DNA of 64,000 bases from an uncultured Actinomycetes bacterium (lineage in GTDB: Bacteria; Actinomycetota; Acidimicrobiia; IMCC26256; JACDBD01), in NCBI GenBank assembly GCA_963737605.1, contig CAVTTE010000013.1:75282-139281 (forward strand), in the 5' to 3' direction. Shown here piece after piece: positions 22,068 through 30,758 of this stretch (positions within the stretch are counted from its first letter, which is position 1; each line of letters starts with the position of its first letter). Below the pieces are notes generated by a model. The model worked only from the letters and a program-made list of their open reading frames with translations, searched no databases and had not been told where the DNA came from. The position numbers and the translations under genes were made by a program.

Positions 22068-22456
22068 GGGTGCTCCTTCACCGATCGCGCGTCGAGGCTG
22101 AACGTCCAGTCGGGGACCAAACCCGGCAACCATCCGTGCAGCGTGACGTGAACGGTCGCGTGCATCTCGTCCTCGTCGGCGCTCTCGCACCGAACGCTGA
22201 CATCTCTCCCGAGGCGTCCGGCCAACAGGTCCCCGAGGACATCGCGGGCACGTGATTCGCACTCGCCTGTCGTCGCGCCGAACCGACCTCCCGCCCGCGC
22301 CCCCTCGTCGACGGCCGCTCTCACGACCCCACGGGCGTACAGGAACACGATGAAGTTCGCCATCATCACGAAGACGATCAGCGAGAAGGCCGTCGCGGCG
22401 ACGTACTGGACGGTGGTCATGCCTTCCTCACCGCACCGCCGGTCGCCGTCGGCCAC
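22064..22456 (-). CDS. tadE: TadE-like pseudopilin
   Basis: EEG|MTTVQYV...VRAAVDEGARAG. Confidence 0.8.
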   Translation of the reverse strand: MADGDRRCGEEGMTTVQYVAATAFSLIVFVMMANFIVFLYARGVVRAAVDEGARAGGRFGATTGECESRARDVLGDLLAGRLGRDVSVRCESADEDEMHATVHVTLHGWLPGLVPDWTFSLDARSVKEHP

Positions 22457-22458
22457 GC

Positions 22459-22686
22459 TCAGACCCCCAGCTGCCCCCGGATCCAGTTCACGATGTCGAG
22501 CCCGAGGGTCTGGAGGACCGCCCAGATCGCGACGAGCGCTGCGATACCGAGTGCGGCGTTGCCCAGTAACTCGGCCGTTGTCATCCCATCTTCCGACCTG
22601 GCGGCCGAGCCCACCCGGGCCACCAAGCCGATCCACCACGACGTCGGAGCCCACCCTTCGTCTCCCTTCGTGTCTGCGTGCACCAT
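22459..22686 (-). CDS. flp: Flp-type major pilin
   Basis: Short protein with prepilin site SEDG|MTTAE followed by a hydrophobic helix, directly after tadC. Confidence 0.75.
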   Translation of the reverse strand: MVHADTKGDEGWAPTSWWIGLVARVGSAARSEDGMTTAELLGNAALGIAALVAIWAVLQTLGLDIVNWIRGQLGV

Positions 22687-22693
22687 TGATCGA

Positions 22694-23635
22694 TCAACGG
22701 CTCCCGAAGATGACCGACGGGAGCGGAGCGGCAATGAACAGGAGCATGATCGGAGCGAGGATCGCGATGGTCGGCACGAGCATCGCGGCGCGGCGCTTTG
22801 TCGCAAGACGACGCAGATCCTCTCGACGCGCGTCACGGAGGTCCTCACTCAAGGCGCGCAGCGCACCCCCGAGGTCGACGCCACGCTCTGCGCCCGTGGC
22901 GAACAACTTGTACGTACGGGCGACACTCGGCTCGGGCGTCAACTCGGCGGCACGCCGGAAGGCGTCCGGCTCCGACACGCCGCTGCGCACCCACGTCAAC
23001 ACGGCGTCGAGCTCCTCGACCATGGCGCCCGTCCCGCGATCCACGATGCGCTGCGTCGCTTGCACCGGCCCCGCGCCGGTTCGCAGATGGATGGCGAGCA
23101 GCTGGTTCACCGTGTAGAGCTCGAGCCGCAAGCGGTCGCGGCGATCTTCGATGGCCCGGTCGATGCGGCCCTTCCAGCGCGTGGACCCGTACACGAGGCC
23201 ACACACGGCGAGCAGGAGCGTCAGCAAAGGCGACCGAATCGCGATGCCGATCGCGCCGCCCGCTGCGCTGAACAGCGCAGCCTGACCGAGGGCACGGATC
23301 CGATACTCCTCGGTGGTCAGGTCGTGGAACCCGGCCTGTCGCAGCTTGAGACGCAAGTGCTCGTCACTTCGGGTTTCGACCAGCCGACCCACTCGAGCTG
23401 CGAGCGCGTGCAACGGCGGCCAGAACAACAGGCTCACGATGCCGCCGTGCGCAGGCGCGCTTTGTTGCGCCACGCCCAGCACATCTGCGCTGCGCCCCAA
23501 GTCGGCGCGAGCGACGATCGTGTAGGGCCGTACCCGACCGGCAAGTCGTGGCGTCGGCTTGACGACCAGACCGGCGACTCCGGCGCAGAGGAGCGCGGCG
23601 GACATCCCTCCGAGGACGAGGATGCCGGTGCTCAT
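22694..23635 (-). CDS. tadC: TadC / T2SS F-family platform protein
   Basis: LAIHLRTGAGPVQA...ERGVDLGGALRALSEDLR...MLVPTIAILAP. Confidence 0.85.
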   Translation of the reverse strand: MSTGILVLGGMSAALLCAGVAGLVVKPTPRLAGRVRPYTIVARADLGRSADVLGVAQQSAPAHGGIVSLLFWPPLHALAARVGRLVETRSDEHLRLKLRQAGFHDLTTEEYRIRALGQAALFSAAGGAIGIAIRSPLLTLLLAVCGLVYGSTRWKGRIDRAIEDRRDRLRLELYTVNQLLAIHLRTGAGPVQATQRIVDRGTGAMVEELDAVLTWVRSGVSEPDAFRRAAELTPEPSVARTYKLFATGAERGVDLGGALRALSEDLRDARREDLRRLATKRRAAMLVPTIAILAPIMLLFIAAPLPSVIFGSR

Positions 23636-24532
23636 GCGCGCTCTCTCGTTGCGACCGTCGCGCTGGACCCGAACACTCGCTGCTCGGCGCGCGTGCTCGC
23701 CAGCCGAGCGATGAGGAATCCGCCGGCGACGCTGAGCAAGCCGGCGATGAGCACGACGACGAGACCTCCCGTCGATCGGTAGAAGTCGCGGAATGGCCCT
23801 TCTCTGATCGTGAGGGCGACCAGCACGAGCCACGGGAGCACGAGCACGGCTCGGGCGTTGATCTTCATCTCCAAGCCCTCGGTCTCCACCTCTTCCAGCA
23901 GCTTCAGGTCGCGTGTCGTTGCGGCGACGAGGTCCTCGAGGATGTCCCGCACGATCTGTCCGCCTCGCTCGTGCGCGATCACCAGAACCTCGATCACCCG
24001 GTCGCTCGTGGGATCAGCAAGCTCCTCCTTGATGACCTCGAGGGCCGGGACGGTCCCCAACATCCGCGACAGCATCGGGAAGCGCGTAAACGCCTCTTGA
24101 AGCGGTGCAGGGCCGGATGCCGCGAGCGCGTTGAGCGCTTGTGACAACGAGCGCCCGGCCGCGATCGAAGCAACGACGTCGCGGAGCCCATCGGGCCAAG
24201 CCGCCTGCACTCGTCGCAGATGAGCCGTCCGCCGGCGAGCGAAGTACGCGCGCGGCAGATGCCGCGACACCCGCTGCGGGGACCAACGCAACCAACGGCG
24301 CACCGGTCACGGCCACGATGGCGACGAACGCGACCGCGCCGACGGCGACCGACCCCGCGATGAATTGCCGGGGCGTGACCGCAACTCCCGCCTGGTTGAG
24401 CCACAGTTGGCGGTTGCTGATCTGGGCTCGGCGGCGGAACCGCCGGATCTTGATCTCGGGCGTGTAGCCCGTCGCGTACCCGACGAGGAAGTACACGAAG
24501 ACGCCGACGGCGAGCCCTGCGAGCAGCGTCAT
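23632..24532 (-). CDS. tadB: TadB / T2SS F-family platform protein (one indel near 24260)
   Basis: AWPDGLRDVVASIAAGRSLSQAL...ERGGQIVRDILEDL...NARAVLVLPWLV. Confidence 0.85.
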
Positions 24533-25812
24533 CGCGGTACCTCGGCGCCTTCGACGATGGCCCGCAAGCTCAGACCTCGAGGTAACGACCGATCGACACG
24601 GCTCTCGAGACGTGCCGGGAGGACTCCGGTCCACTCGAGCGGGCGCCCAAGGGCTTCGCGCACGAAGATGGGTTCGACGGTGAAGTCCTCGCTGAGAGCG
24701 GGAACCACAGCCACGATCTCCATGACCTGACGGCGGATCCCGTCGGTGTCGTTCGGCGGGATGTCGTCGCGGTCGAGATGGATCACCAGATCGAGCGACT
24801 GCGAGAAGACCTTGCGGACGATGCGCTCGGTGACGTTCTCGCCCGCCATCAGCGCCGCGTTCACGAGCGCGTGCAGCGCCTCGGTCGCGTTGTTGGCGTG
24901 GATGGTGCAGAGAAACCCGCAGCCGGCGTTGACCGCCCGGCTCAGCTCGAACGCTTCGGCGCCACGCACTTCGCCGACGACGATGCGGTCGGGGCGCATC
25001 GCGAGCACGAACTTGACGAGGTCGCGCAGGCTGATCTCGCCCGTCCCGTCGAGCGCCGGCGGCCGGACCTCGTAGTACGACCCGTGGGTGACCGGCACTG
25101 CGATCTCGCGGATCTCCTCGCAACAGCGGACGCAGTGACTCGCGGGCTCGGCGGCGATGAGGGCGGCCGCCATCGTGGTCTTGCCGGCTCCAGGCTCGCC
25201 CGAGATCGCCAACCGGCTGCGCACCTGCATCATCGCCCAGAGGAAGTCGGCGGCCTCCGGGCTGATCGAGTCGAGGTCGACGAGACTTCCGAGTGTCACG
25301 TTGCGGACCGTGTATCTCCGGAGCGTCGCCGACAGGCGATCACCGACAGGTGGGATCGCCGCCGTCAGGCGGGCGCTTCCTTGCAGGACGCGGGCCTGGA
25401 CGATCGGGTGCTTCGTGTTGAGCTGCCGATCGGTTGGCGCGAGCAGCCGTTCGACGATCTGGCGGTTCTCGCCCTCGCCGGTCGGCGTCGTCAGGCCGCG
25501 CAACCGGCCCGACGAGTCGAGAAATGACACACGCGGGCCCTCGAAGAAGATCTCCTCGACGTCGGGGCGGGCGATCAGCTCCGTCAACGGTCCGAAGTCG
25601 GTGATCGACCGCAGGACCCGGCCGATCATCTCGCCCGGATCACTGAGAGGAATCTCGTCACCAAGATGGGCGCGGCGCTGATACTCGTCGACGGCGCGAT
25701 GCACCTCGGACTGCACCTCGTCGAGATCACCCTCGGGCCGGAGCCGCCGTCGCTCGATACGGACGAGGGCATCGCGGCGGATGCCGTCGTAGGCGTCGGC
25801 GCGGACAGTCAT
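24529..25812 (-). CDS. tadA: TadA/CpaF pilus assembly ATPase
   Basis: FGPLTELIARPDVEEIF, Walker A GEPGAGKTT, MRPDRIVVGEVRGAEA, CTIHAN. Confidence 0.92.
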   Translation of the reverse strand: MTVRADAYDGIRRDALVRIERRRLRPEGDLDEVQSEVHRAVDEYQRRAHLGDEIPLSDPGEMIGRVLRSITDFGPLTELIARPDVEEIFFEGPRVSFLDSSGRLRGLTTPTGEGENRQIVERLLAPTDRQLNTKHPIVQARVLQGSARLTAAIPPVGDRLSATLRRYTVRNVTLGSLVDLDSISPEAADFLWAMMQVRSRLAISGEPGAGKTTMAAALIAAEPASHCVRCCEEIREIAVPVTHGSYYEVRPPALDGTGEISLRDLVKFVLAMRPDRIVVGEVRGAEAFELSRAVNAGCGFLCTIHANNATEALHALVNAALMAGENVTERIVRKVFSQSLDLVIHLDRDDIPPNDTDGIRRQVMEIVAVVPALSEDFTVEPIFVREALGRPLEWTGVLPARLESRVDRSLPRGLSLRAIVEGAEVPR

Positions 25813-27060
25813 CGCGTCACGACGGGCACGCGTCCTCGGCGCTTCCCCGATCCGCCCTTCGCCCGCGCCGGGCGACGGCGACGGCGGCACGACCTTCGTC
25901 GCGAGCTCCGCGACCGCCTTCGCATAGGGGCCGTGAGCAACCAGCGTGCCGGACCAAGCCGCCGCCTCGACCCGAGGATCGTGCGGCAGGAACACGAGAC
26001 TCGCGGGCTCGAACGTCCGACGGATCTCCTGTTCGAGCTGGGCCTTCCGGAACGCGTCGCGTGGAGCCCGGTTGATAGCGAGATGAATCGTTGCACCCGC
26101 GTTCAGAGCACGAACCTCCGCCACCCAGCCGAGCAAGCGGGTCACGCCGACAGGCGTGGCAGGGGCGACGCCGATCACGTCGGATGCGTCGCACACGACC
26201 GCGCGGCTGATGCCGTACCGGCTCCGCCCACCGCGACCAACGTCCTCCAAACGGCTCGCGATGTTGGCGATGACGTACCGCCGAGTCCGACCGACTGCCT
26301 CGATCACGTCGAGCACCTCGGTCGGACGCACCTGCGACCAAGCGCCGACATTGGGGAGACCCGACAGCACGTCGAGCTCGCGCGCAGCTCGAACGATCGC
26401 CGTATCCACGTCGCCCATGCCGTATTCGACGGACTCGATCGCGCTCCGCAGGTTGGGCTCGATCGGCAACCCGAGGCGTTGCGCGATCGACGGGACCACC
26501 TCGTCCGCATCGACGATCGCGGCGCGCCCTCCCTGGCTGCGAAGCGCGGCCGTGAACGCGATCGCCAGCTCGGTGGCACCGGCGCCGGGCGTCCCGCCGA
26601 CGGCGAAGAGCCGCCAGCTCCGCAATCGATCTCCGTGGGCGAGCGGCGTCGGCACTCGCTGCCCGTCGACGGCAGCCTCGAGTGCGCTGATGGACGGCGC
26701 GGGCTGGTGGCGCTCGGGCGCAAGGGCGGTGAAGACGTCGACGAACTCCGCCATGGCGGCGTCCGACGCGAGCACCCGGTCGATGCCCAGCGACGCGAGG
26801 AACTCGCGTCCCGCTGGTTCCTCAGGATCGAAGACACCGAGCAGGCAGCGGCCGCGCCGGTGGACCGACTCGACGAACGTTCGCGTCAGCCCGGGCCAGC
26901 GATGGCTCACGACGAGCGTGCCGTACTCCTCGTCGAACGCCAGCGTCGGGTCCACGATGACCTGTCGGACTCGCGCGCCGCCGTGATCGGTGAGGTGGCG
27001 ATGCAGGCCCTCGACCCACGCCTCGGGCGAGAAGACGAGCGCGACTTCCGGCTCGGGCAT
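25809..27060 (-). CDS. TadZ/CpaE-like protein (pseudo-receiver + degenerate MinD-type P-loop); reads in frame into tadA in this sequence
   Basis: GGTPGAGATELA (Lys-less Walker A), AIVDAD, HLAINRAP, FLPHDP; ATGA overlap at 25809-25812. Confidence 0.75.
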
Positions 27061-27062
27061 CC

Positions 27063-27818
27063 CTACCGTCCGCTTGCGCCGGCCGACGCATCGACGGGCA
27101 AGGGCGGCGTCGCCTCAGCCGGGCGCGAACCGGTCGTCCTCGTGATCACGATGTCGCCACCGGCAATCCCGGCCGCAACGAGCTGCGATTCGCGCGCGTC
27201 GACGGCGAGCGTCACCGTGAACTTGTCGTCCACCCCGCCGAACGCCCCTCCCCGATCGGGCCGTCCCACGCTCAGGACCTCGGCGTCGGCGACGATGATC
27301 GACACCTCGTGATTGCCGGCCAGGATCACGTCGACGCGGTCACCCGCTTCGAGTTCGCCGTTGACAGCCCGGGCCGGATCGATCGCGACGCTCATCGCGC
27401 GCTTGCCCGCCGGTGCAGCGGCCGGACGGACGGCCCGGCGATGAACCAGCTCACCGGCTGCAATCGGATAGGCGGCGACGGAGTCGCGCAACCGCTTCAC
27501 GTCGTTGGGCTGGAGCACTGTGCCCAGGAGCGAGTCGTCCATCTTCACCCGCTCGTAGCGAACCGATGACTCGGTGAGCGCGGAGCCGGGCGCGAGGTCC
27601 CGAGCGGCCACGGCAACCGGTTGCCGCTCGTCCGCGCGGCGAAGCACCGCCACTGTCAGCAGGAGTCCGAGCAACCCGGCGACGATCATCACCAGATGGC
27701 CGGTCGAGAACCGGCTCATCAGACTCCGGGGCAGCGAAGTGGCGGGCCGGGTGACGCTCTCGGTGCGCCGTGATCTCGGCGCCACCACCTCCGCCATCCA
27801 CCCCTCCGCCGCCGTCAC
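27063..27818 (-). CDS. cpaB: CpaB/RcpC SAF-domain protein
   Basis: VAVAARDLAPG (SAF), KRAMSVAIDPARAVNGELEAGDRVDVI, VTLAVD. Confidence 0.85.
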   Translation of the reverse strand: MTAAEGWMAEVVAPRSRRTESVTRPATSLPRSLMSRFSTGHLVMIVAGLLGLLLTVAVLRRADERQPVAVAARDLAPGSALTESSVRYERVKMDDSLLGTVLQPNDVKRLRDSVAAYPIAAGELVHRRAVRPAAAPAGKRAMSVAIDPARAVNGELEAGDRVDVILAGNHEVSIIVADAEVLSVGRPDRGGAFGGVDDKFTVTLAVDARESQLVAAGIAGGDIVITRTTGSRPAEATPPLPVDASAGASGR

Positions 27819-27891
27819 CGCTCAGGTGAACATTTCGCCAATAGTGCAGAACCCGCCCATATGCCGTCAAGCAGCACAATCGGTGTCGCAG

Positions 27892-27921
27892 TCAGGATGC
27901 CTCAGAATGCCTGAGCCTGTC
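27892..27921. repeat. 10-bp-period tandem direct repeats in the cpaB/HTH divergent promoter
   Basis: TCAGGATGCC TCAGAATGCC TGAGCCTGTC; ATGCCGTCA also at 27861 and 27957. Confidence 0.55.
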
Positions 27922-27964
27922 AAGAGTCCCTATTGGGGGGTGCCGTGAAGGGTAAGATGCCGTC

Positions 27965-28210
27965 ATGTCCCCAGCCGAGGCGGACGCGGGAGCCGACTTC
28001 CCGCCCGTCCTCACCACTGCCGATGCAGCCGAGCTGCTCCAGGTGCACGTCGAGTACCTGCGCAAGCTCGTGCGCGACGGCAAGGTCCCGTGCCACCGGT
28101 TCCCCGGCGGGCGGGAGATGCGGTTCGACCGCGACGAGCTGCTCGAGTGGTTGCGGTCGCAGCCCGGGCACGACCAGTCGACGTCGACGAAGCGCGACGC
28201 CGACGCGTAG
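27965..28210 (+). CDS. Small HTH_17 (excisionase/BldC-like MerR-fold) DNA-binding protein
   Basis: VLTTADAAELLQVHVEYLRKLVRDGKVPCHRFPGGREMRFDRDELLEWL. Confidence 0.88.
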   Translation: MSPAEADAGADFPPVLTTADAAELLQVHVEYLRKLVRDGKVPCHRFPGGREMRFDRDELLEWLRSQPGHDQSTSTKRDADA

Positions 28211-28216
28211 TCGGGC

Positions 28217-28789
28217 TTACTCCCTCCAGGGGTGAGCCCACGCGACGTGATCCAGCGGGAGGTACGTGTCGCTCCCGTCGGCGTCGCGCACGGCCACGTG
28301 GTCTCGCCCGATCGTGAGGAGCCCTCGGAGGCCTTCGGAGAAGAGCGGGGAACCGATCACCGCGTCGATCTCCTCCCCGTCGTATTCGAGGAGACGCGCC
28401 CGGAACGTGCGCGCCAGCGGCTCGGCCCGCCGGCCGCCTTCGCGGGCGCGTTCGACGACGCGGATGACGAGCGGCACCGGCGTGCGTTGGTGGCCGACGA
28501 CCAGCGCGATGTCGACCCGGCCTGCCGCCGTGCGGAGCTGGACGTAGTCGGCGCCGACGGCGTCGATGACACCTCGGAACGAGCTCTCACCGACCTGCAT
28601 GGCGACGGTGTCGCCGCGATGTTGGAGCTCGCGGGTGATGTCGAGGAGGTCCCGGTGCCGGGCCCACTGGCGGGCGGCGGCGTGGGCGTACTCCTCTTCC
28701 TCGGCGCGTCGATCCTCGCGGGCCGCGCCGGCGGCGTCTTCGAGCTCGGGATCGCCGGCGAGCTCGTCGAAGGAGTCGCCTGGAGTCAT
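28217..28789 (-). CDS. Conserved hypothetical protein (acidic helix + two small beta-barrel-like repeats)
   Basis: C-terminal half of ORF 28217..29428 from ATG 28789 (preceded by GGAGG); FRGVIDAVGADYVQL and LRGLLTIGRDHVAV repeats. Confidence 0.7.
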   Translation of the reverse strand: MTPGDSFDELAGDPELEDAAGAAREDRRAEEEEYAHAAARQWARHRDLLDITRELQHRGDTVAMQVGESSFRGVIDAVGADYVQLRTAAGRVDIALVVGHQRTPVPLVIRVVERAREGGRRAEPLARTFRARLLEYDGEEIDAVIGSPLFSEGLRGLLTIGRDHVAVRDADGSDTYLPLDHVAWAHPWRE

Positions 28790-28854
28790 GCGCGCGCCTC
28801 CGGGGGACGGTGTTGCGGCACCGTACCCCCGGAGGCTGCGCTGCCTCGCGTTCC

Positions 28855-29428
28855 TCAGTCCTGCTTGACGGCCTCGATCTCGAACTCGAGGCTGGGCCTT
28901 CTTGCCCACCAGGACGCCGCCGCTCTCGAGGGCGACGTTCCAGGTGAGGCCGAAGTCCTCGCGGTCGACCTCGGTGCTGGCCGAGAAGCCGGCCCGGCGG
29001 CCGCCCCACGGGTCGGTCGTCCAGCCGTGGTACTCGACGTCGAGCATGACCGGCCGGGTGACGCCGTGGACGGTGAGGTCACCCTCGAGGCGGAAGCCGC
29101 CCGGCGTGTCCCCCTCGACCCTGGTGCTGCGGAACGTGATCTCCGGGTACCGCTCGACGTCGAAGAAGTCGGGCGAGCGCAGGTGCTCGTCCCGCTTCGC
29201 GTCGCCGGTCTCGACGGTGGCGGGGTCGATCTTGACCTCCACCCACGAGCCCAGCGGGTCGTCGGAGATGTGGATGTTGCCCGAGACGCCGTGGAACTTG
29301 CCCCGTACCTTGCTCACCATGAGGTGGCGGGCCGAGAACTCGACGGCCGTGTGGACCGGGTCGAGCTGCCAGTCGCCCGGCTCGGGGATCTCGACGCCTT
29401 GGATGCTGCGAGTCTCTGTCTGGCTCAT
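28855..29428 (-). CDS. YceI family protein (indel near 3' end)
   Basis: WQLDPVHTAVEFSARHLMVSKVRGKF...RDEHLRSPDFFDVERYPEITF...REDFGLTWN. Confidence 0.92.
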
Positions 29429-29474
29429 ATCGGCGCTCCTCGTGTGGAGGGAAGTCCTTTGAGCGCGGCAACCG

Positions 29475-29486
29475 TTGCATAAGCAA
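29475..29486. promoter_or_regulatory. Probable MarR operator TTGCATAAGCAA
   Basis: Near-palindrome between the divergent yceI-like and marR-like genes. Confidence 0.5.
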
Positions 29487-29523
29487 TGATATTCCTCGCA
29501 ACTCTCTCGGTAGGGTGAGCGCC

Positions 29524-30000
29524 ATGGCCAGGGCCAGTACTCGAGCTCCCGAGCTCACCGACCAGCAGCTCGAGGCCTGGAAGGCCTTCATCCGGGCCCA
29601 GTCCGAGCTGCTCAAGACCCTGAACCAGGAGCTCGAGGCCGACCAGGGCATCCCGCTCACCTTCTTCGACGTGCTCGCCCAGCTCTCCTTCGCCGGTGGC
29701 CGGCTCCGCATGAGCGAGCTGGCCGACGCCGTGGTGATCTCCCGCAGCGGCGTGACCCGGCTCGTCGACCGGATGGAGCGGGCCGGCCTGGTCCGCCGGG
29801 AGGCCTGCCCCGAGGACCGGCGGTCGATGTACGCCACGCTCACGCCCAGTGGGAAGCAGGCGCTGGCGAAGGCGCGTCCGTTCCACCTCCGCGGCGTCGC
29901 CGAGCACTTCGGCCGTCACCTGAGCGACGAGGAGGCGAAGACCATCGCCGCCGCCCTCGGCCGGATGGCGCCGTCACCCGACGGCGACGAGGCCTGCTAG
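29524..30000 (+). CDS. MarR family transcriptional regulator
   Basis: LRMSELADAVVISRSGVTRLVDRMERAGLVRREACPEDRR...LTPSG. Confidence 0.92.
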   Translation: MARASTRAPELTDQQLEAWKAFIRAQSELLKTLNQELEADQGIPLTFFDVLAQLSFAGGRLRMSELADAVVISRSGVTRLVDRMERAGLVRREACPEDRRSMYATLTPSGKQALAKARPFHLRGVAEHFGRHLSDEEAKTIAAALGRMAPSPDGDEAC

Positions 30001-30023
30001 CCGAACACGGCGAGGCGCGCGTG

Positions 30024-30417
30024 TTACCGCCGGCGGGACTGCGTGCGCTTCGACTTCCGCGTTCCGGACTTCGCCTTCCCCGGCGCCCGCGCCCGAGTTC
30101 CCTTCGAGGGCTGGCCGCGGTCGCTTCCTTTCGACTCGGGCTTCGCGATACCCGCCATATCGCTGGCGAGCTGCTTCGCCAGAAGTGCCGAGCATTGCGC
30201 CGATGGCGGACCAGGCTTGGCCCTCAGAACGTGCGACCGTCACGAGCTCGGCGATCTCGGACTCCGCTGCGGCACGCTTGAGTACGGCCTGCCGCAGATT
30301 CCGAAGCGTTCGCGCATCTCGAATGTCCTCGGTCCGCGGCTGGAGCTCGTCGAGCTGCGCTGACAGCTCGTCTGCATGTTCGATGATCTCCTGGAAGCTG
30401 CGGGGCACTCGAGTCAC
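30024..30417 (-). CDS. Putative antitoxin with C-terminal HTH (3' end frame ambiguous)
   Basis: PRSFQEIIEHADEL...ARSEGQAWSAIGAMLGTSGEAARQRYG; GTGA overlap with the upstream gene. Confidence 0.7.
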
Positions 30418-30650
30418 CTCGGGAGGTACTTGTCTCGGGCGGGCCGGAACGCATGAATGATCACCGGTCCCCGATCGCTGTCCACGATCCCCACCTCGAC
30501 CAGCGTTGCCGTTCTATCCGGCCCCACGATCATCGTGACCTCATCGTCATTGGGATCCACCACCACGTACAACGCGTTATTGAAGGCATGGAGGATGTCA
30601 GCGTCCGGCACCTTGTGCTTACGCGCGGAATCTGCAACAACCGGCTCCAC
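30414..30650 (-). CDS. Putative RelE/BrnT-fold toxin
   Basis: 78 aa: SARKHKVPDADILHA...IVGPDRTATLVEVGI...IIHAFRPARDKYL. Confidence 0.7.
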   Translation of the reverse strand: MEPVVADSARKHKVPDADILHAFNNALYVVVDPNDDEVTMIVGPDRTATLVEVGIVDSDRGPVIIHAFRPARDKYLPR

Positions 30651-30694
30651 CGGCAAGTTACCTTGTAGAGGTCGGCTTCGCAAGTTATGTTGCG
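30651..30694 (-). promoter_or_regulatory. sigma70-type promoter with two overlapping operator-like repeats for the TA pair
   Basis: Minus strand TTGCGA-17 nt-TAACTT-4 nt-GTG; CAAGTTACCTTG (30654-30665) and CAAGTTATGTTG (30681-30692) overlap the -10 and -35 elements. Confidence 0.6.
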
Positions 30695-30758
30695 GAACCG
30701 GGGAAGTCAGTCTGGCGAGCACCGTCAGCCGGTGGCTGCAGCGGTGGCACGAGGTCGG

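Noticed and set aside
27965-28210. HTH_17 gene as a prophage/ICE excisionase
   Set aside because: No integrase, att repeats, phage or conjugation genes nearby; context favours a transcriptional regulator.
28217-29428. 403-aa YceI-hypothetical fusion
   Set aside because: The normal YceI C-terminus (LEFEIEAVKQD*) lies in another frame ending at 28855, and the second gene has its own GGAGG + ATG; indel artefact.
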